Assembly (NCBI GenBank): GCA_964416375.1
Contig: CAYQDZ010000002.1
Span: 1 to 54,127, forward strand
Direction of reading: 5' to 3'
Origin: an uncultured Bacteroidales bacterium
GTDB lineage: Bacteria; Bacteroidota; Bacteroidia; Bacteroidales; UBA10428
DNA length: 54,127 nucleotides
A program made the position numbers and the translations under genes. The notes beneath the pieces are model-generated. The model searched no databases and was not told the DNA's origin. It saw only the letters and a list, made by a program, of their open reading frames with translations. The stretch's first letter is position 1; each line of letters begins with the position of its first letter. Positions 27,348 to 35,824 of the stretch are shown here, piece by piece.

Positions 27348-28897
27348 TCAAAAGAAATATTTGTTTTGTGCGTTGAAGTAAGGAAAGTAATCACTTTTTC
27401 AATGTCTTTATATATAGGATAATCTGATTCGAACTTTGGAAATATTTTACGTAAATCATTATAAACAGCAAATGTTTCTGTTGATAACTTTTCTGAGATA
27501 TTCAGATAATCAACAGCCTGTAAAAGTGCCATAAACTCAATAGCCAATACATGGTACGAGTTGTCTATTACTTTTTTAGTCATCATAGCTGCATTGGTTC
27601 CCATGCTTACAATATCCTGATTGTCGTTGTTGTTTGGGATGCTATGAATATACATGGGGTTTGAAAGAGTCTGGTTTTCAGCCGTTGTGGATACGGCTGT
27701 AAACTGTGCACCCTGCATGCCAAGAGTTAAACCTAAGGTGCCCAGGTTGACAAAAGGAGGCAGTATTTTGTTTAGCCTGTGATTCAACACAAAATTTAAT
27801 TGTCTTTCGGCTAGCATGGTAAGTTTCGTAATAGCAATTTTCATTTTATCCATTTCAAAAGCAATGTAATCGCCATGGAAATTTCCACCGTGGTATACAT
27901 AATTTGAATCCTCATGGATGATAGGATTGTCACTAATGCTGTTTGCTTCGCTTAAAAGGACCTGAGATGAATACTGAAGTGTATCGTATATGGGGCCCAA
28001 TATTTGCGGAACACATCGGAGAGAATAATATTCCTGAACTTTTTTATCGATTTTGAAACTGCCGTTATCAGAATTTGAGTAAAGTGAATCGCTTCTGTTT
28101 GCTGTTAGTTTGCTTTCCGCAAAGATCTTATGCATAACCGAAGCAACGTATCTCTGTCCGGGATGAAGTTTAAGATTATTCAATTCGGGGGAACAATGAT
28201 CATCAAAAGTTGATACAATTTCATTGATCATTACTGAGGCGAGAACACTCCAGTTCAATACATTCGAAGCATTTATCAGGTTCACAATACCAATGCCCGT
28301 CATGACAGATGTTCCGTTGATCAGGGCAAGGCCTTCCCTGATTTTCATCTCCAGAGGAGTGATTCCCAGTTTGTTGAATAACTCGGGGGTTTCATACCAC
28401 TTATCCTTGTACTTTGCTTTGCCTTCACCAATTAAAACCAGCGCAATATGTGCCAGTTGAACCAGATCACCACTTGCACCTACTCCACCATGTTCAGGAA
28501 TAAAAGGTGTAATGCGATGATTGATCAGTTCCTTAAGAATTTTTAAAACATCGGTGTGTACACCGGAATATCCCCCACAAAAGCAAAGTACACGTACGAT
28601 CAGAGATGCCTGCACACTCAGATCATTTAATGCATCACCGGCTCCTGCAGCATGACTGCGTATTAGATTTAATTGCAAATCAATACTCTTATCGTCATCG
28701 ATCTTATACTGTGCCATTGGACCTAAACCTGTATTGATTCCATAGATAATTTTATTCTCAGCATATTTTTTTAAGAAAGAATAATTTTTATCTACCTGAA
28801 GCAGTATATCTTTTGAAAAGTCTAGTGAGGCATTTGCAAATAGTAACTGCTGAAAATCGTTCAGATCTAGATTCCTTCCCCTTTTAATGATTACCAT
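27344..28897 (-). CDS. MIO-dependent aromatic amino acid ammonia-lyase (HAL/PAL/TAL family; probable tyrosine ammonia-lyase of a flexirubin-type pathway)
   Basis: The Ala-Ser-Gly MIO precursor sits in GGVGASGDLVQLAH. Long conserved blocks (REGLALINGTSVMTG, YSLRCVPQILGP, VYHGGNFHGDY, HSIPNNNDNQDIVSMG) closely resemble, from memory, the Flavobacterium johnsoniae TAL. The track start is GTG at 28918; ATG at 28897 (MVIIKRG...) is equally plausible. Confidence 0.9.
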   Translation of the reverse strand: MVIIKRGRNLDLNDFQQLLFANASLDFSKDILLQVDKNYSFLKKYAENKIIYGINTGLGPMAQYKIDDDKSIDLQLNLIRSHAAGAGDALNDLSVQASLIVRVLCFCGGYSGVHTDVLKILKELINHRITPFIPEHGGVGASGDLVQLAHIALVLIGEGKAKYKDKWYETPELFNKLGITPLEMKIREGLALINGTSVMTGIGIVNLINASNVLNWSVLASVMINEIVSTFDDHCSPELNNLKLHPGQRYVASVMHKIFAESKLTANRSDSLYSNSDNGSFKIDKKVQEYYSLRCVPQILGPIYDTLQYSSQVLLSEANSISDNPIIHEDSNYVYHGGNFHGDYIAFEMDKMKIAITKLTMLAERQLNFVLNHRLNKILPPFVNLGTLGLTLGMQGAQFTAVSTTAENQTLSNPMYIHSIPNNNDNQDIVSMGTNAAMMTKKVIDNSYHVLAIEFMALLQAVDYLNISEKLSTETFAVYNDLRKIFPKFESDYPIYKDIEKVITFLTSTHKTNISFE

Positions 28898-28937
28898 TCG
28901 TTTAGGCTTGAATCTCACAAAATTTTAACAATGAGCG

Positions 28938-28951
28938 CAAAAATAACATTA
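28938..28951 (-). promoter_or_regulatory. candidate -7 promoter box (TATTTTTG) for the pigment cluster, within the shared 14-nt motif
   Basis: The minus strand reads TAATGTTATTTTTG, ending 19 nt upstream of GTG at 28918. It is identical to 22387-22400. Confidence 0.3.
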
Positions 28952-29117
28952 ATATCTAAACATGCTTTCAATTTTTTTTTAAAAAAGGCAATATTTTTAA
29001 TATTTTTCCGTATTACTTTATTTGAAAATAATTATCGGGACTGCGGTTTTATGCATATACCTGAGCATGGATGATAGCCGTAAAGGTTTTGATTAAAGAA
29101 AAATACTGAAATAGAAG

Positions 29118-29597
29118 ATGAGAAAATTTATTTTATTCATTGCAGGTATAATAATAGGATTCGCAACTTTATTTGCTCAAACCAAGGATGAAAAAGCGAT
29201 CATTGTGAAAACAATTCTTGAAAAAGAAAAACAATTTGAAGTGTATTTACTACAGGGCCTGGTAGACAGTATCGACAATTATTTTTCCCCGAATTGTCAT
29301 TTCATACCTGAATATGGGGAAATTATTGAAGGGCGTGATGCCGTATCCGAGTTATTCTCTTCAAAATTCAAATCAGGATTAAAAATTATTGATATGAAGT
29401 TGAATCCGGTTGAACATAAAGTTTACGGCGATATTGTACTGGAGGTGGGCACCTGTATTGTTAAGTACATTTCACAATCGGGGTCTGAATCCATGAGTAA
29501 AAAATACAATTATCTTTTAAACTGGAAGGCATCAAAAAAAGATAATTATCGTATTCGGGCAGCAACATGGAATTCTGTTAAGGATCCCTGCAAATAA
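29118..29597 (+). CDS. secreted SnoaL/NTF2-like (DUF4440-like) protein
   Basis: 159 aa. Signal peptide, with size and a C-terminal pattern (YRIRAATWNS) reminiscent of DUF4440/NTF2-fold proteins. The family call is weak. Confidence 0.45.
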   Translation: MRKFILFIAGIIIGFATLFAQTKDEKAIIVKTILEKEKQFEVYLLQGLVDSIDNYFSPNCHFIPEYGEIIEGRDAVSELFSSKFKSGLKIIDMKLNPVEHKVYGDIVLEVGTCIVKYISQSGSESMSKKYNYLLNWKASKKDNYRIRAATWNSVKDPCK

Positions 29598-29681
29598 GAA
29601 TCCCTCCGATTTTATACTTTCTGCATATCCGGAATTTCTTGATTCATCTTTTTTCTTGTTCTGTCTTTGTAACTTAGGCGT

Positions 29682-30734
29682 ATGAAGAAGTCTGTTCTGG
29701 TTGCCTTGAGTGGTGGAATTGATAGCACTATTGCAGCCCTTCTGCTAAAAAAGAAAGGGTATGCGGTAAGAGGTGTACACTTCAATTTTTTTCCCGGGGG
29801 ATATAATCAACATAATCATCTTGATCAGATTTCTGACATACTTGGTATTCCTGTTCTATACCATGATGCGATGAATCTGTTTACACATGAAGTGATTGAT
29901 TATTTTACGCGGTTTCATTTGTCAGGGCGCACTCCCAGTCCTTGTGCTCACTGCAATCCAAATGTGAAGTACAAATTGTTGCTTCAGCTTGCTGATCGAT
30001 ACAAAATACAGCATATAGCAACCGGGCATTATATTCGTTTGAAAAAGCAAGGAGGGATTTGCAGAATTTACAAAAGTACGTTTCATGAAAAGGACCAATC
30101 CTATTATTTATGGGGATTGAAACAAAATGTATTAAACAGGCTGATCACTCCGCTGGGTATTTACAATAAGAAAAAGGTGCAGGAGATTGCCAGACAAAAC
30201 GGCTTGAATTTTTTGCACGATAAAAAGGAAAGCACAGGCTTATGTTTTGCCCAGGGAAGAACCTGTGGAAAATTGTTGGAAGACTATATTCCGGATATCA
30301 AAAGAAAGATTAAACCGGGAAACATTCTGAATACAGAAGGGCAAATTCTTGGCAGCCATAAAGGCTATGTTTATTATACCATAGGACAAAAGCGTGATCT
30401 GGAAATTGATGCCAAAAGCAACTTGTGTGTTGTGAAGATTAATGCCAGGCATAATACACTGGTTGTTGATTCATGGGAAAACTTATATGCCGGTGAATTT
30501 ATGGTTACTGATTCGCATTTTATTAATCAGGGTGATTTGATTGCATCTAAGAACATACAGGTAAAAATCAGGGGCTTTGGATTAAACCCTGATGGGAATT
30601 GCCATTTGGTAAATATTCACAACAAAAAAATAAAAGTTTGTCTTGATGAACCTGCCTGGGCTTTGGCCCCCGGACAGCCTGCTGTTTTTTATTCGGGAGA
30701 TTTGCTTTTGGGAGGAGGAATTATTACTGAATAA
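29682..30734 (+). CDS. mnmA: tRNA 2-thiouridine(34) synthase
   Basis: 350 aa. PP-loop VALSGGIDSTIAA, plus the HIATGHY and DQSYYL motifs and an MnmA-like length. Confidence 0.9.
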   Translation: MKKSVLVALSGGIDSTIAALLLKKKGYAVRGVHFNFFPGGYNQHNHLDQISDILGIPVLYHDAMNLFTHEVIDYFTRFHLSGRTPSPCAHCNPNVKYKLLLQLADRYKIQHIATGHYIRLKKQGGICRIYKSTFHEKDQSYYLWGLKQNVLNRLITPLGIYNKKKVQEIARQNGLNFLHDKKESTGLCFAQGRTCGKLLEDYIPDIKRKIKPGNILNTEGQILGSHKGYVYYTIGQKRDLEIDAKSNLCVVKINARHNTLVVDSWENLYAGEFMVTDSHFINQGDLIASKNIQVKIRGFGLNPDGNCHLVNIHNKKIKVCLDEPAWALAPGQPAVFYSGDLLLGGGIITE

Positions 30735-30846
30735 ATGATCAGCATGTTGTTCCTCATGAAGAATAATCATATAAGTGACCGGATATATTCTATTTCATTC
30801 TGCAATATTTTATCTTTGATTGTATAAATTCTGAAAACCGGAGCTT

Positions 30847-30951
30847 ATGAAAAAATTCATGATACTTGGTTTGTTATTGCTTCCTCTGCTTAACTCTTAT
30901 ACGCAATTCTCAGGAGTGAAAAAAGAACAGCGACAGCAGAAGAAAAACTGA
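30847..30951 (+). CDS. possible 34-aa small secreted peptide
   Basis: ATG ORF MKKFMILGLLLLPLLNSYTQFSGVKKEQRQQKKN, read by hand: a signal-like N-terminus and a basic tail. It is below the track cutoff and has no other support. Confidence 0.2.
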   Translation: MKKFMILGLLLLPLLNSYTQFSGVKKEQRQQKKN

Positions 30952-31063
30952 GATTTTGATCTTTTTATGAATAGGTGAATAATCTTTAAAATACTTATCT
31001 TAAAATTGATTTCATATTGTTAATGTTACAAACCTTAATTCATAGATTGCGTAAGAATCAGAT

Positions 31064-31780
31064 ATGAAAACTATTGTTCTGTCTATTTTCCTGCTTATTA
31101 ATTGTCAACTGCATGCTCAGGTATTGTTAGATGATCTCAATTTTGAAAAAATTCCTTTTAAAAAAGTACGACATTATATACAGGAGCAAATAGATAATCA
31201 TATAGTTTCTATTTATGATCTGCATCCTACATTATGCAAAAAAATCATCCCCAAAGAGTATTCAAGTCAGGAGATACGTTATATGCTGGATGAAAATCTC
31301 AGTACAGTTTGGGAAAGATATGTAAATGCAAGTCCTGCAGAATCATGGGATGGTAAAAGGGTTTCTTTTGGGCTGCTTTTTTCCAAAACTTCAGAACTGG
31401 TGGTCTATCGTGGAGGGGAGTGTGCGGAAATAGACACGGGACAGGTTATTTATTTGAATCTTAGAATTCTAAGAGGTGTTTACAACCTTGCCCTGGCATT
31501 TGAAATTATCAATGTAGATGTCAAAAATAAACTCATAGAGTTCAGTTACATTGAAGGAAATAAATCACAAGGCAAGCAATGCATAAGATTTAGACCAACT
31601 CCGGATAATAGGACCGAGATTATTCATAGCAGCTACTTTAGGAGTAATTCTAAAATTCGTGACAAATTCATATATCCTTACTTTCATAAGCGGGCTACTA
31701 ATGAATTTCACCGCAACATGAAGAAAATTATCAGGAATACTTCTCCGACTTCTGCCGTAATGATAGATCCTTCATTCTGA
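31064..31780 (+). CDS. hypothetical secreted protein
   Basis: 238 aa with a signal peptide (LLINCQLHAQ). Only a vague DUF1990-like C-terminal pattern; no confident family. Confidence 0.55.
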   Translation: MKTIVLSIFLLINCQLHAQVLLDDLNFEKIPFKKVRHYIQEQIDNHIVSIYDLHPTLCKKIIPKEYSSQEIRYMLDENLSTVWERYVNASPAESWDGKRVSFGLLFSKTSELVVYRGGECAEIDTGQVIYLNLRILRGVYNLALAFEIINVDVKNKLIEFSYIEGNKSQGKQCIRFRPTPDNRTEIIHSSYFRSNSKIRDKFIYPYFHKRATNEFHRNMKKIIRNTSPTSAVMIDPSF

Positions 31781-31867
31781 ATTGTAATCATACAAAGTGA
31801 TTCAGTTTAGAAAAATATCATCTTAAATTAAAAGTCACAAGAGAAAATTCCGGAGTGACGGCTATTT

Positions 31868-32085
31868 AACCTGCATTATTCATGCGTCAAGTTTGGGGCA
31901 GATGCGAGGCGTCGGAAGCTGAAGCTGTAGTAGCTTACTGCGAGGCTTTCGCAACGAAGCAGATGCCCTAAAATTGGTGTACTTTGTAAAAATGGATGAA
32001 TTTTTTTTTATCTATGTTCTATCATAAAATACGGTATCACAAATAAATAATTAAAATTCATTCATTTTTATGAATAATGCAGGTT
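31868..32085. repeat. split copy of the inverted-repeat element: 16-bp arms separated by a 176-bp insert flanked by ATTCAT direct repeats
   Basis: Left arm AACCTGCATTATTCAT is at 31868-31883 and right arm ATGAATAATGCAGGTT at 32070-32085. ATTCAT occurs at 31878-31883 and 32060-32065. The region is a convergent intergenic region. Confidence 0.65.
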
Positions 32086-32120
32086 AAGTTTGTCTTAATA
32101 AGACCGGGGCACTTAGCTGA

Positions 32121-33383
32121 TTAGTTGAGAGAATCCGGAAGATGAAAAGGAAAGGCCATGTGATTTTCCTGAACAGAATCTGACGAAACCGTATCAGATG
32201 GTTCAAACCAAAGATTAAAAAACTCAGGAATACATATGGATGCAATTCTGTTGGGAGAATTCTGCAGGAAGGCTATGCCCAGGTTTTCTTCCGGGCAGAA
32301 AGCTATTTCTGCCCTGTAGCCAGTTACATAACCTCCATGATAAATGATTTTATGTCCTTTATAAAAATATATCCGCCATCCCAGACTATAATATTTCGAA
32401 TCTATTGGATCCCAGTTTCTGATGTATCTTCGTTGTAAAGGCGATTTAACTACCGGGGTTGTAATTTTATTCAATACGGAGCTATTCATTACTTCAGGAT
32501 AATTCCCAAGCAATGCGAGAAGCCATTTGCTCAAATCAGAAATACTTGCATTAACACCGGCGGCAGGTTTTAAATTGTAATAACCTGTATTTGGTGGTAA
32601 AGCAATGGCCCCCGATTTTCGATAATAATGCGGATGTGCAATGTTGCTTTTTTTGCGAGTGAAAACAGTTGGATTTGCAGAAGCGTTGCGCATTCTTAAA
32701 GGTCTGAATATTTTCTTTCTAAGAATAATATCATAAGGCAATCCAGTTTTAATTTGAACAATGCTGTCAATCAGACTAAAAATAACATTCTGATAACTGT
32801 ACAATTCCCCTGGTTTTCCTGAAATTTCAACTTTCGGTAATTGTTGCAGTATGACAGGATAAGAGACACCATCTTCAATCAGATTATCAAACGCGTGGGG
32901 CACCAGGCCGGTTGTATGACTAAGAAGATGCTGAATAGTCAGGCCATGCGTATTGCTCGAATCTTTTAACCTGAAGTCAGGAATAATTTCTTTTACCTTT
33001 TCATCAAGAAACAATAGGCTGTCTTCTTCCAATATGCTTGCTAATACTCCTGCAAATCCTTTTGATACTGATGCCAGGCGAAATACAGTATGCTGGTTTA
33101 TTGAATCACTTGTACCAACTTTTTTAATGCCATAAGTATTGGAAATAATAACCCGGTTGTTGTGGACTATGGTTAAGGCTGCTCCAACGTTATTGGTGCT
33201 GTCCATTTCATCGTTGATGAGGCGTAAAAATTGTTTTACAGATTCAGGCAGGGGAGGACTTTCAATTTCAGGAATTCTTAATGGGATTGCTATTTTGGGG
33301 TGAGAGGTTTTCACCTGCAAACCTACAAGCACAATCAGTGCCAGGGCAAAAAAAATGATAAACAATAGTTTTACTTTATTCAT
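32121..33383 (-). CDS. membrane-anchored serine hydrolase, beta-lactamase (class C-related) / PBP family
   Basis: SxxK motif in LASVSKGF and a YxN-like YSYQN. The preferred start is M44 (MNKVKLLFIIFFALAL, ATG at 33383). The track ORF extends to 33512. Confidence 0.85.
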   Translation of the reverse strand: MNKVKLLFIIFFALALIVLVGLQVKTSHPKIAIPLRIPEIESPPLPESVKQFLRLINDEMDSTNNVGAALTIVHNNRVIISNTYGIKKVGTSDSINQHTVFRLASVSKGFAGVLASILEEDSLLFLDEKVKEIIPDFRLKDSSNTHGLTIQHLLSHTTGLVPHAFDNLIEDGVSYPVILQQLPKVEISGKPGELYSYQNVIFSLIDSIVQIKTGLPYDIILRKKIFRPLRMRNASANPTVFTRKKSNIAHPHYYRKSGAIALPPNTGYYNLKPAAGVNASISDLSKWLLALLGNYPEVMNSSVLNKITTPVVKSPLQRRYIRNWDPIDSKYYSLGWRIYFYKGHKIIYHGGYVTGYRAEIAFCPEENLGIAFLQNSPNRIASICIPEFFNLWFEPSDTVSSDSVQENHMAFPFHLPDSLN

Positions 33384-33591
33384 ACAAATCTCACAAATTA
33401 TACATGGGTGAATGTTTTCTGATGCATCCAAATGTAACTTCCTCGTTTCATTTATGCCAGCATCCAGGCTACAAGTTATAAAACGATGATTTCCTGATTC
33501 TGTTTTATGCAATCATTAATTCATTGAAATGAGCTATTTTTAGGGGTGTATATTATTCATGTTAAGGTTTGCATTTTTTAAGAATAACATT

Positions 33592-34401
33592 ATGTCAGAT
33601 GAGTTTTACAAATTGATTACTTCACGAAATCTGGGATTGCTTGACGAAGAAGAACAAGAAATACTTAAGAATTCAAAAGTGGCGATTTGTGGATTAGGAG
33701 GTGTAGGAGGCCCTGTTGCAGAAAACCTGGTACGCATGGGGATAGGAGATTTCACAATTCTTGACCATGGTACTTTTGAGCCCACTAATTCCAACCGTCA
33801 GGTATACTCTTTTACCGACACTAACGGCAAATGGAAAACAGATGTTACAGAGGAATATTTCCATAAGATCAATCCATCAGTGAAAGTGGAAAAATTCACA
33901 GAACTTACTCAGGAGAATGTGAATGACTTTCTCAACAAAGCAGATCTGACCATTTTAGCTGTTGATGCTCTCATTCCAATTTTGATCCTGTCCAGGGCAG
34001 CCAGGTTGAAAGGAATACCATTGATCGAATCGTGGGCTCTGGCTTTTGGTAATGTGCGTGTGTTTACGAAGGATACTCCCTCTTTAGAAGAGGTCTATAA
34101 TTTTCCAACAATTGGCAGAGGGGTTGATGAAATTTCTGTGGAAGAGCAGGCGGCTTTGCTTGAAAAATCAATTTTTGATGTAGCAGCTTCTTTCGATGGA
34201 ATTATGGAGCACTATCCTGAACATGCAATTCGTAAAATGAAGGAAGAAAGTGTAGGAACAACACTGGCTCCAATGGTTTGGTTATCAAGTATCATGATGG
34301 CTATTGAAAGCTATAAGATTTTACTCGGAAAAAGGGACCTTGCTCTTGCTCCTTCTTTTCAGGTATTTGATCCTTTCAGGTTTATATGTTTTAAGACCTG
34401 A
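33592..34401 (+). CDS. ThiF/MoeB/HesA-family E1-like adenylyltransferase (stand-alone)
   Basis: Rossmann motif AICGLGGVGGPVAENL and the E1 signature ILDHGTFEPTNSNRQ. An alternative start lies at 33559. No CxxC zinc motifs are seen. Confidence 0.8.
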   Translation: MSDEFYKLITSRNLGLLDEEEQEILKNSKVAICGLGGVGGPVAENLVRMGIGDFTILDHGTFEPTNSNRQVYSFTDTNGKWKTDVTEEYFHKINPSVKVEKFTELTQENVNDFLNKADLTILAVDALIPILILSRAARLKGIPLIESWALAFGNVRVFTKDTPSLEEVYNFPTIGRGVDEISVEEQAALLEKSIFDVAASFDGIMEHYPEHAIRKMKEESVGTTLAPMVWLSSIMMAIESYKILLGKRDLALAPSFQVFDPFRFICFKT

Positions 34402-34674
34402 ATTCTTTGTGGTAAAAAAATAACCACCAAGGAGCCAAAGTACTGCGCAAAGGAACACTAAGAAAAATCATGAAGAGTTATTTTTTAAACCTTTGCGTGC
34501 CTTAGTGAAATTTTCTTTGAGGTACTTCGTGGTAAAATATTTTTAACCTCAAAGTGATAGTGAGAAAATCAAAATATAATATTTTCACGCGTGCAACTTC
34601 TGTTTTTAAAATTCCGCATTTGATTTTCAAGATGGTACAAGGTTAATTCTGAAATGTGCAGAAAACAAAAGACC

Positions 34675-35655
34675 TTATTTGCCCGAAAATTTCTTGATAA
34701 TCATATCGGTTTTCATTTCTGCTTCCTGATCAATTTTCATTCGTTCCGGTTTTTCTTCAAACCATGCAATGGATTTGCGGATTCCATCTTCAAAAGAAAT
34801 TTGAGCTTTCCAGCCCGGGACAATCGCTTTTATTTTTGAATTATCAAAGACCATTGATCTGGCTTTATCTCCCAGAAGCCCTGCTCCCCACTCGGGTTCC
34901 AGAGCATTTATAAAATCAGAAGGTATATGAATAAAATTTGGTTCTTTATCAACAATTTTACCGATGATTTTATAGATCTGATCCCATGTATGCACCTCGT
35001 CTGAAGTAATATGAAAATGGTTGTTCATAGCTTCCTTATTTCCAAACAGGCCAACAAATGCTCTTGCAAAATCAGTATTGTGTGTCATGACCCAAAGAGA
35101 TTCTCCATCGCCATGAGAAATAATAGGTAAACCTTTTCGGATGCGATGGACCGGATTGTAAGTATTTGCGGTAAATGCTACCGGGATCCATGTTTTTCCA
35201 TACGTGTAGGAAGGACGTACAATGGTATAGGACAGTGAATCCTGTGAAGTAAGCAAATTCTCGCAGGCAATTTTGTCCTGGGAGTATTTCCAGTAAGGAT
35301 TGCCCAGGGGGCAATTTTCTGTAATGACATAATGTTCCGGAGGCTTTTGATAAACTGTTGCAGATGATATAAAAATGTACTGTTTTGTTTTCTTGCTGAA
35401 AAAATCAATGTCATTCTGCATTTGCCCGGGAGTGAAACAAATAAAATTAGCTACCACATCAAAAGGAGCGTGTTTTTCTATGATTTTTCTGTCAGAGGGA
35501 TTGTTGATATCACCGCGAAGAGTAATTACCTTATCAGGCTCCTTGATATCTGAGATTCCCCGGTTAAAATGATACAATTCATGTCCCTGCTGAATGGTTT
35601 CTGAGGTGCATGCAGATGAAATCTTGCCGGTTCCGCCAATAAAGAGTATTTTCAT
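34675..35655 (-). CDS. NAD-dependent epimerase/dehydratase family protein
   Basis: MKILFIGGTGKISSAC (GxxGxxG) and an extended-SDR length. The preferred ATG is at 35655; the track start is 35682. Confidence 0.85.
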   Translation of the reverse strand: MKILFIGGTGKISSACTSETIQQGHELYHFNRGISDIKEPDKVITLRGDINNPSDRKIIEKHAPFDVVANFICFTPGQMQNDIDFFSKKTKQYIFISSATVYQKPPEHYVITENCPLGNPYWKYSQDKIACENLLTSQDSLSYTIVRPSYTYGKTWIPVAFTANTYNPVHRIRKGLPIISHGDGESLWVMTHNTDFARAFVGLFGNKEAMNNHFHITSDEVHTWDQIYKIIGKIVDKEPNFIHIPSDFINALEPEWGAGLLGDKARSMVFDNSKIKAIVPGWKAQISFEDGIRKSIAWFEEKPERMKIDQEAEMKTDMIIKKFSGK

Positions 35656-35824
35656 AGTATTCGTCATTATATTAATCAACAAAACGATTCTGAAAAGATA
35701 GATATATTCTATGTAGTTCTAAACATTAATTTAACTCATTGGTTTCAATTAAAATAGAAACTCTTTTTGTACAAATAGTACAATTCATAGATGTATTTAT
35801 TTGATCCATCAAAATATGTGATAA

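Noticed and set aside
27344-28918. Annotating the MIO enzyme as a histidine-utilisation HAL (hutH).
   Set aside because: No hutU, hutI or hutG genes are nearby. The gene heads a KS/KR/ACP cluster and resembles flexirubin-type TALs.
29040-29100. Possible TPP riboswitch fragment (ACCTGAGCATGGATGATAGCCGTAAAGG resembles the ACCUGAUCUGGAUAAUGCCAGCG core).
   Set aside because: The P4/P5 pairing (CUGG/CCAG) is not preserved, there is no upstream CUGAGA element, and the downstream gene is not thiamine related.
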